NCBI GenBank assembly: GCA_012295275.1
Contig: CM022665.1
Location: 10,850,001-10,914,000 of the forward strand
From: Chrysomallon squamiferum
Taxonomy: Eukaryota > Animalia > Mollusca
Direction: 5' to 3'
Length of the DNA: 64,000 bases
The translations under genes were made by a program, and so were the position numbers. The notes beneath the pieces are model-generated. The model saw only the letters and a program-made list of their open reading frames with translations, was not told the origin of the DNA and did no database searches. Positions within the stretch are counted from its first letter, which is position 1. Each line of letters opens with the position of its first letter. Below, piece after piece: positions 54,286 through 64,000 of the stretch.

Positions 54286-57200
54286 ATGGCAGAATGTTCA
54301 CCTAATAGTGGTTTTGAAAAGTCATTTCCTCTTCGAGATTCAGGAGGAAATATTGGTAAGAAACTGATTAGTAATGCATAAACAGTTGTTTACATGGAGG
54401 GCTATTGTTTGATATTTGTAATCACGTTTATTTTGCTCACAGTTCATTTGCTAAAACTGAGCTGAAGATGTTAGCCGACTTAAACCGCTGTGTCGCATTA
54501 TCAGTCGTTCATTCTGCAGGGGATTGCTATCATCATGGTTACACACTCTCGGCAGTACCGATTGAAATTACATTAATATAGATTTCGGTTGTTTAAAATA
54601 AACTAAAAACAAAATTTAATAGCTGTTAGTGTTAATAAAAGTAACTGAACTAATAAAATAAAAAAAATTGTGAACGTTTCGGAAGTTTAAATTGAAAATA
54701 AAAAGTAATGAAAGTTCATAATTGATCATAATATTCAGACATAGTGAAAAAAAGGAATATTTATGTAATAACTTAGACAATAAGTAGTTAAAGTATAAAT
54801 ATGAATGGTTTCGTTTTAATTTTAAGCTGAGCAGAATTTGGTTAGGTAAAACTAAGTTGTGAATTGTGCTTATAATAATTGACTGTAATTATGTTTCAAC
54901 CTTTCTGAGTTCTCAAACATGCACAATAAAATCTCTTCTGAAACATCTGCAATTTTTTATTCATTCAGTTCAGTTGTATTAATACAGTATTATGAGTATT
55001 GGATTTTAGTTAAACAAATATTTGAAATTGCTGAGAGGTGGGTTAGTTATTGTGTTTACATTGATTCATTTAAAATAAAAACAACAAAACATGCAATTTT
55101 TAATGTTTGAGCAAATATATTTTTATTATTTGGTTATATAAAAATATAATTGATTAAAATTTCTTAAATATACTTGTAATAGCTTTAACCATTGACCCAT
55201 TTATGAGTGATAGGACCTTTTGAATAATTACAGACAATGCCTGTAGAATAAAACCTTAGTGAAACCATTCATTTTTTGTCATTAACTGAGTAGACAAAGT
55301 TATGCACTGAAATACAACAGTAATTCTTTTTGTTTCTATTATTATGTACAGTATTATTGTTAGGCATCTATCCCTTATCTGAAAATTTAGATTGTTATAA
55401 TTGTAACTTAGATTTACATGCATTTAATACATTATTTCATGCACAGATTATTTTAAAACTGTTCAAAATTAAGTTAGGCTTTCTAAATGTGTATATGAAA
55501 ATAAAAATAACTTTATTTCACGTTAAGTCTAGTGCTTTTGATCTGCAGTGCATGATAAAATATATACATATTTGTAGATATACTGTCCAGTTAATGTACA
55601 TACTTTTTACCAACAAACTGTATAACTTTAAATTATTTTCACAATTGTGTACATTTAATATAAAAATGTTTTATATTTAATATCTTTTTGAAAAGATCGG
55701 TTCTGAATTTGTTTAATACATAGAAATTAAATACATTTCTTTTTTTTCTAGTAATACTTATGCCCCTAAAAACACATCAAAGAAAATTATAAACATAAAA
55801 ATAAACCCACAACTGCCCCCAAAAATAATACAACACAAAACAAAACAAAAAAGTCCCAAGAACAAAACAAACAAACCTTCAAACAGAAAAATATTTTTTA
55901 AATTTATAAAATTTTGTATTACTGAACTGATGTCTAAGTAATATAATTGAGTGAGGGAGGATACACAAGTAGATGGTTTATTCTTAGTTTATAAAAGTAT
56001 GACTTCAACATTAATGTTTTTTTATGTACCTCTTCAAATAAGATTCTTATTGTTACAATACAAATATCCATTCTAATTATTTCTGTTTAAAATGTCTGAG
56101 ACCAATCAGTTAATTTCTGTCTTTAACATTTGATCTCTTCTGCTGAACAGTTAGGTATTGAAATTTGTTGTATGTCTACTTTGTTTGATGCAGATAATTG
56201 GGTAGTTAAATAATTATCATTATGGTAACCTTGTGAATATTACATATTAATCCCTTTGTAAGTATTTAAATAATTAAGAGATTTAAATAATAATGATCAT
56301 ATAGCTGTTAAACAATATCAAAATAATATCAGTCATTTTCATACTATGATGCATTTTGTGTCTAATTTATTTTGATCAAGTACTCTGGTTACAAGATTGT
56401 AAGAAATTAATTTGTTTAATCCTACTTTAAGTTTAAACCATTAAGTGGTAAAGTATCATTGTAACTTGAAGGTGAAAACGATAAGAAGAGAACAAAGAAA
56501 AGCTAAAATTCTTTGATGTTAACAACCTGGGTTTATGTCCTTTGGGTGTGAACTGGACACAGGAGTATAATAATAAAAACATATATTCTTCCTGGTAAAT
56601 AATATGCACATTTATTCCCACTTGTTTGATTATTCTGACATGTTTTTGAAGCAAAGAATGGATTTACAAACATAATATATTATTCCCCCTTGATATCTAT
56701 CTCATTTCATTCGTCCCTTCTATTGTTTAAGATCTTTATTAAGTCCTGGATTTCATACAGGAAAGGATATAACTTCTACATAACATTAAAAACTTTAATT
56801 AATTGATAATTTAAGTTCAAAGTAAGTAGATGCTTTAAAAATACAGGACAAATGTTTGAATAATAATTTCTGGTAAAGATGATGCATTTTCAGGGTCCAT
56901 TGACTAAAAAACAGATGTTGAAAGCTAATTAACAGTGTAAGTTAGGACATAACCCAGACCTCAATATTAATATTTCACCAAGTATGCAGATTGGATCTGA
57001 TCTGGTATACTCTTAATCCAATGACCTGTATGCTGAAGTGTTGCATCTAAGTGCCAAATCAAGTTATGATGAATGATGGTGAAGTGTCTTCTGAAGATAC
57101 ATGATTTATATTTAGTGGGCAAAAAGTTAAAACCACTAATCAGAGCAGATATTGATATTTTGCTTTACTTGGTTCTTAATGACCAATTTGTTGAGCACAT

Positions 57201-58958
57201 GTGTTGTCATCCAGTAAGCCTTACAATGAAAGGTGTAAAAATGATCCTTCACTGGTCTGAATTTTTTTTACTATATTCTGGTTTATTAAAATGGATTAAC
57301 AAATATCTAATGTGATACTGATTACAAGGACCATAGTTTCCTGGTATGATTTAAATTATAGCCTATCCACTTGTAATGTCACATAGTTAAAAACCCTGAC
57401 AGATGGTTCGTGATTTTGTGTTCTAGTCATAAATCAGAAGGGTTATTTTTAGTGGGTTTTTTTGTTTTTTTTTTTTAATTTTTATTTAAATTTTTTGTGT
57501 TGACACCCTTTCCATGTACATCATTGTTAACAAGGACAGGACTTTTCTTTTCAGTTGAATCTATGAACATTACCATATGCAGTACCTTTTATTATTTATA
57601 TTTTACCTGTTTATAATTTTAATCTTTGAAATGAAATATCCTCTACTAACTGAACAATAAAGTTACTTGTAGAATAATTTTATTACTGACAAAATCTCTA
57701 CAAAGACTGGTTTTATAAATTTGGAAACGATAACACTTAATAGTTCTTGCCTTTGTTATGTGTAACAAACAAGTTGCTCACATTGATAGATTATTTGTCA
57801 AGTTTATTATTCCATTATACATGTAGAGTGCTAATAATACAGATTTAAATGTATTATCCAAAACCATACTATGGTAGCAATGGCTTCTGATGTTCACACC
57901 TGCTGTTTTACACAGTGATTTAATGTTTTTATAGAACAAACTGTTTTGCTAATTATGCAGTTGTGAAAAACCATGAATGACATCTATCTGTGAAGTGGTG
58001 TCAGTAGCTGAATTCACCGAAAAAAGTCTTGACTCTCAAAGATTTTATTACAGACCTGTAGGGTACAATGAAATTTATAAATAGCTATTTTACTAACATT
58101 GTTTTCAGTGTTTATGCTTGATTCAGCATAATTAAGTTTATTTTGCACTTAAAGAATAACACTAAAACCAACAAAACAAATTTGACAATAAAACTCAAGA
58201 TCCAACATGCTTGAACTAAGAATTATACATATATCTGGCCTTTGGCAATTTTTTGTTTCAGTTTTCTTTTGCCATGTCAGCTGAAAATGCCTTCAGGTTT
58301 AATTTTGTAAATGTTAATTGGCAGTTACAAAAGTAGATTTACATTAATGTTATTGCCACTGTATATTTTTTCTTTTTTCCCTTAAGTCTAAATCAAGGTG
58401 TGATTCAAATAAAACAAAAACATTTTAAAGTAATAACTTAATACACTGAATTTTAAATTTGTAGAACTTGAAAACAAACTCAATCTATTGCTGATCACAT
58501 AAGTTCCGTGATCTGATGTTCTCAACATATTTCATTGTAATTTGTAGCCAGTGATGATGAAAATGAATTTTATTCTCATAAACTGTAGGATTACATATAT
58601 ATAATAACAAATTAAAATTGAAATGCACATGCTTATTTATCACATGCTTGGTATATGTGTTTTCCTGTATAAGGGAAGATGTTTATGTAACACATTAGAC
58701 AACTCTATATCATTTATTAAAATGTTGTGTAATATGTTGAGATATAACTAAAAGAGGCATTTCTATAATACGTTCTGTATTTGGTTGATTTAGAAAATTG
58801 GAAAGCAGAACTTTCAGTTCCATTTGGTTTTTATAATTAAAAAAATCAAGTATTCAGTTTTATATGCAACTTTCATTAATTCTTCATCAAACTGACAAAA
58901 TGTTTTGTTATAATTACTTCAAGAAAATATAAAAATAATAAATTAGGTAATTAATTGG

Positions 58959-59001
<43 letters not shown>

Positions 59002-62000
59002 GATGGTGAATATGTCAAATAATAATTATAATTCTTTCCTTAATATATACCCATTTATTTATTTATTTATTTACCTGTACAGTTATTGAATTGTAAAATG
59101 AGCTAAATCTTTTGGAAATCAATTTCCTGTTCAAGTTTAATTATGTAATTTGTAAAAGCATGTTTAACAATGCAGAGGGAAGGTTTACTGATACATTTGT
59201 ATGTTGTGATAAATTAAAACATTGATATACAAGATTAACATTATAAAAGAAAAGTTTCTAAGATTGTAATAAAACCACAAGCTTGTTTTTTTTTAGCTTG
59301 TTTCTTTTATCAAACTAAGGTATTTGCTATCCAAACACTCTAACAAAGGCTGCATTGTTTTGAAGTGATGAAGCAGAACTTACTCCACTCAGGTTAGCCA
59401 CAAGTACAAGCTTAAGCTCATTTGAAAATCTCTCTACATTATAGTGTACCTATCCTCAAGTAAGAAACCTGAATGAGTGACATAGAGAGGGTTGCATTGT
59501 GAGAGTCCCTCCCATCAACAGGAGTCCAGGGCATACATAGTGTTTTTAGAGTAATTAGTGTGTCAGGGTATCCTGTAATAGCCAGGCTTTTGTATCTCAC
59601 ACTCAGTGTTGACACTGGGCTTTTGTGTTTGAGAATGAATTAATGTAACCCATGTGTCCATGTGATATAACTATCACTTAATGAACACCAGCCTGCACAA
59701 TTCTTAAAGCTCTGATGAAGGAAAGGTGGATATTCTTAATGTTGTCAAAGTTTTGCCTGTAAACTAACAAATAACCATGAATACCAGTTTAGGTAAGAAA
59801 TAACATACATATATGTACATTATTATTTTTTTTTTTTTGTCACCACGTATTACCTTTAAAAAAAAAGTTGTTGCTAATGTGTTTGAAATATCATAAAATA
59901 ATAACTATAAAAATGTTACAAATTAAAAATTGTTAGTGAAAAGTGAATGAAATACAAACAGTTCATAATGTTACCAGTGTTTTACAAGTAAAGTATCAGT
60001 TTAGGAAAGAGATAATATATTTTCAGTTAAGTTATGATTCTGTGAACTGTATTCATTAATATTGTTACTTGTATATTTTTCATACCTGGAATGAGATGGT
60101 AACTGCAAGAATATTTTAAATTACAGCAAAACATTTTGATCAAACATTTCTTTATAAATTCTTGTTTACTTTATCTACACACATATATAAATAGTTATAC
60201 TGAAGGTTATAAAAAATACTTTTTACTTATTCTTGTAATGAATGCACTATCCTATACAGTGTTAAATGTGTTTTCATTTGTCATGTCATATCTGCACTGC
60301 AGATCATTTTCTATTTAGAACTAAAATGCATTGAATAACACTTTGCTGTCATTAACAATACATATTTCACCATACAACTTGACAAGCTGTAACAGAATTT
60401 AGAACCATTTATTTTACATTCACATAAAAGTGTTTTGTGAAAAAAGATAATAGAACTGAAATGATTTTTAAAATGATTTCTACTTTCCTGTATATTTTTT
60501 ATATAAAGGGATGTATATAATTACTAATTTTATATATATATAAATTACAAAAAAAAAAAAAAGAATTATAATAAATAATAAAAAATCTTTAAAGTGATTG
60601 TATCAGATTTCTTATCCAATTATAAGTTAATATAATTATGATATTTGTTGAGTGTTGTTAACCATAGGCTATATTCTCCACTTCTTATTTATTTATTTAA
60701 TAGTGAGTTGTTACACTTCTGTTAATTTGTAATGTATTTCATGGATATGTTATCTTATTAATAAACTTCAGGTTTGTTTATTTGCTACATTTGCTTAACC
60801 TGTGAAGTTGTTACCTGAATATCTGATTATTTTTGCTCAGCATGTGATAATTCTTTAGTGCAAAGTAACTTTAATATTCATATACACTGTATTTGTTTTA
60901 ATGGAATTCTGTAATTTATTGTCCGGTTGGGATTTCTTTTAACACAAGAACTGCTATCTTTGCCAAAGTGTGTGTGTGCATACAAGCTGACAGATGGATA
61001 ATTTGTAAATAACTGTTAAAAAATGGAACAATTGTTCTATAAAATGTTTTCACAACTGCTGATTAGCATTTCATATTTTGTTTATAAATCTGTGAATGAA
61101 TAAATGTAATGTTTGTTTATATACATGTGTCTGTGTGTGTGTGTTTTCTAAATTGATTAATCATTTCATATTTTATGTGTAGGTAAAGTGTTCTTTAACC
61201 TGATTGTGAAAATAATCATTGCCATTTTAAATATCCATTTTATATTTATTTATGTTTTAGGTCCATTTCGTGCCACACAAATATGGAATGAAATCATTTG
61301 TCATTTGAAATCTCGTGTTGAGGTCAAACGTCGCAGGCTGAAAATGAGATCTTATGATAATTGTTTTACTGGAACTGATGCAGTGGATGTTGTTCTGCAT
61401 TATCTGTTAAATGACCAGGAAACATTTAATACAGAACTGTCTAGGGAAAAAGCTATTAAAGTAAGAGTTTAAAACATAATATGCTTAGCAATAGATTTAT
61501 AATTTAGTGTTGTTGTAGGAAAAATAATAAAGTTTAAATAAAAAAAATTATACATAATATTATTGATTCCAGATTCAAGAATGACATGATAGTGTTTAAG
61601 AATCTGTTGGCACAGTTTAATTTAATGGATGTTAAAATTTTAAAAATAATCATGGATAACTGTTGTATCTTGTACATCCTAATTCCTAGATAAAATTTGT
61701 TTTATTTTTTATGTTAAATTACATCCTCATATTACATTAAATTATTATTTATATTTAATTAAAATTCATTGTGTGTGTGCGTACACATGAACAAGATTGA
61801 TTTTGAATTTGTGAACTATTATCACATTATATTACATTGCATTTTTTAGCTTACATTTATTTTGTTTGTTGTTGTTTTTTGTAGCTTTTGTTTTTGTTTG
61901 TTGTTTTTCTTTTTTTAACATTTTATTCATATTAATATATATATATATATATATATATTATTATTATTATTATTATAGTTTTGTAATTTTTCTTTTTGAC

Positions 62001-63835
62001 AGCTCTGCCAGACACTGATGAACAAGAATGTTTTTGAATCTGTGAACTGTCGTCCGGTGGATGGCAAACATGTTTTTGAAGACAGTAATAGTAAGCTGTA
62101 TCGTTTTCCTGGCTCTCTTGATGAGGACAAAGAAAACAAAGAATCTGATGAAGATCTCAATGAGAGTGAAGTGTGTATTTATGACCATGTAGAGGAGGTG
62201 GAATATCTGAAGAAAGCAAAACCTCTGAGGTTAATGTTTGAAAATGTTTTAAAAGAATGTTATCTTTATTTTTCAAACTTCTTCATTGTAAAACAGTAGT
62301 GTATTAAGTTATATTTTGTATTCTGAGATTACGTTTTTCAAAATTATTTGTTCTAAATAATGGAGTAGTTTTAGCAACAGTTGATAATTAGACACTTGTT
62401 TTTCCAGTACCAACAAAAGTTAGATAACTTTTTAATTATTTTTTATACAGTTTTTTAAATAATCAGAATTTAATATTAAGTGATATACTATAATTTAAAT
62501 GTTATGAAAAAAAGAAAAGAAATACAAACTCAGTATATATTTGAAGTTGTTTTAAGAAAAAGGATGCTTTTGTGCCTGTCACTTCAGTTGTTTTTTAATG
62601 AAATATATTTACTTCTGAAGAAATTAATTGGTATAGGATTTTGTTAAAACTCGTTTATAAATTAAACATCTGTATCTTAATGTCTGTTTGCAAAATGTTA
62701 ACCATAAACCTTTCCATGATGGCTTTTTTTAAATTATTTTTTTAGCATAATTTATGAAATGTTCTTTCTTTGTTTTTCTTATTTATTATATCCTTTTTAA
62801 TAACAAATCTAAAATACATCCAGAGTGAATCCAGCTTTTGAACCTGATTTGAGTGGAGACAATACAATGTGCAACCCAGCCCTGGCTGGCAGATCAGGAT
62901 CAGTGATGGAAGAGCTGATGAAGATAAGCAGCACAATTAAGTGTAAGAGTGCTATGTCTCTTGAACCTCGTCGATCTGATGCTAAGATGACACGCACTTC
63001 TGATAACCAGGATATTTCTCCAGAAGGTCTGTCCGAAAGCAGATTTCTTCAACTAGCGAAATTATACACAGATATTGAGAAGAAAATATTTAATAAAATA
63101 TTTTAATTTGTATTTAAGTTATGGTCAATATAGGAGGAATTTTGTTTTATCTTTTATTATCTTTTTTCATAATTGTCACCTGATTATAGTTATTTTTTTT
63201 GAAATAAATTATTTTATTTATATAATTACAATTTTGGAAATGATTTCATTTTAGTATAATTGTATCATTAAGAACATTTTTGGTCTTTTATAATTATTAT
63301 AGTGGTAGAGGAAACCTGGAAAGAAATAGCTTTAGCACAACTCTTGACCCTCATCGATGTTCCATTTCTTGATGGGGTACTTGGAGAAGAGAAAGAAAAC
63401 AAGAAACAAATGAGACGAAATCTTATCATCTCCAATGTTGTTGCTAAACACACCAACATGCCATTCCTTGGAGGAACTGAATTTGAGGATTCTGTGATGC
63501 ACACAGCATATGATTGCCTTGAATGTATTCCTAAGGGTACATTATTGTTGTCTGATGAAGTTATCAAACAAAGGGATGGACAAGCAAAAACGAAATTATT
63601 TTGGAAAATTGCTAAATATTATAATGATCTTCCCGAGCCACTGCTGCCTGAAAGATTTATAGATCTACATTTGGCAATCTTGACCTTGATTATGACACAG
63701 AAAGATAAGAATGCTCTAGAAGCTTTACAGCTGGATGTGATACTGTTGCCATGGTCAGTGCGCGAAGAGCTGCAGCGTCTGCTTCACTTCCTATCTGCCG
63801 TCTCAAATGACAGATCCTTTTCTCTTGATGTCCAG
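54286..63835 (+). CDS. DEPDC7: DEP domain-containing protein 7/4-like (DEP + degenerate RhoGAP-like domain), 5 exons visible, 3' end beyond window
   Basis: Exons: 54286-54355, 61261-61460, 62003-62229, 62824-63026, 63303-63835, then a GT donor; 411 codons, phases consistent. DEP motif GPFRATQIWNEII..VEVKRRR..CFTGTDAVDVV..LCQTLMNKNVFE..FEDSNSKLYRF. Then VEETWKEIALAQLLTLIDVPFLD and RhoGAP-like KYYNDLPEPLL..ALEALQL..LLP..REELQRLLHFL. Probably co-orthologous to vertebrate DEPDC4 and DEPDC7. Confidence 0.93.
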
Positions 63836-63839
63836 GTTA

Positions 63840-63934
63840 GTGTGGAAATACTACTTTTACTGTTCTGGGATGTAAAAATACTACTCATTTTGTTGTGTGA
63901 TGTAAAAATATTACTTGTATTGTTCTAGGATGTG
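63840..63934. repeat. 30-bp tandem repeat x3 just inside a DEPDC intron
   Basis: Units of type gatgtaaaaatactact....tgttctrg. Confidence 0.75.
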
Positions 63935-64000
63935 TTTGCTGTTTAGGTTAAGCCGTTGTTGAATATTGTATTTATGATGATTTATTAATAATATAGCTAT

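Noticed and set aside
59365-59472. Possible C/D snoRNA (GTGATGA...CTGA); similar box C at 57066
   Set aside because: No terminal stem and no recognisable rRNA guide.
4164-63835. U12-type introns, tRNA or rRNA genes
   Set aside because: No modelled donor matches RTATCCTT, and no intact tRNA or rRNA was recognised by eye.
63836-63928. Hydrophobic C-terminal tail of ORF 63302-63928
   Set aside because: Read-through past the CAG|GTTAGT donor into a 30-bp tandem repeat; the RhoGAP-like domain is incomplete, so more exons must follow.

Overview
This is very AT-rich, microsatellite-rich eukaryotic DNA with spliceosomal GT-AG introns. It is probably a mollusc, plausibly a gastropod; that is inferred from gene style and a recalled SINE family. 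I assembled four genes by hand with phase-consistent exons: ACTR6/Arp6 (minus, 12 exons, 396 aa); an F-box/WD40 protein (plus, 15 exons, 704 aa) head-to-head with ACTR6 across 340 bp; TCP11L1-like (minus, 9 coding exons, 503 aa); and DEPDC7/DEPDC4-like (plus, 5 exons visible, running off the right edge). A fifth gene may start near 2.5 kb and run off the left edge. There are several non-autonomous DNA transposons with TIRs/TSDs, a degraded SINE and degenerate tandem repeats. Most ORF-track ORFs are exon fragments or low-complexity artefacts. The two most notable observations are (1) the F-box/WD40 protein carries two D-domain-like (dimerisation) modules and lacks the FBXW7-type phosphodegron arginines, and (2) the ACTR6 / TCP11L / DEPDC4-7 neighbourhood matches two separate human gene pairs, suggesting an ancient microsyntenic block. 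No prokaryote-style system (CRISPR etc.) is present.
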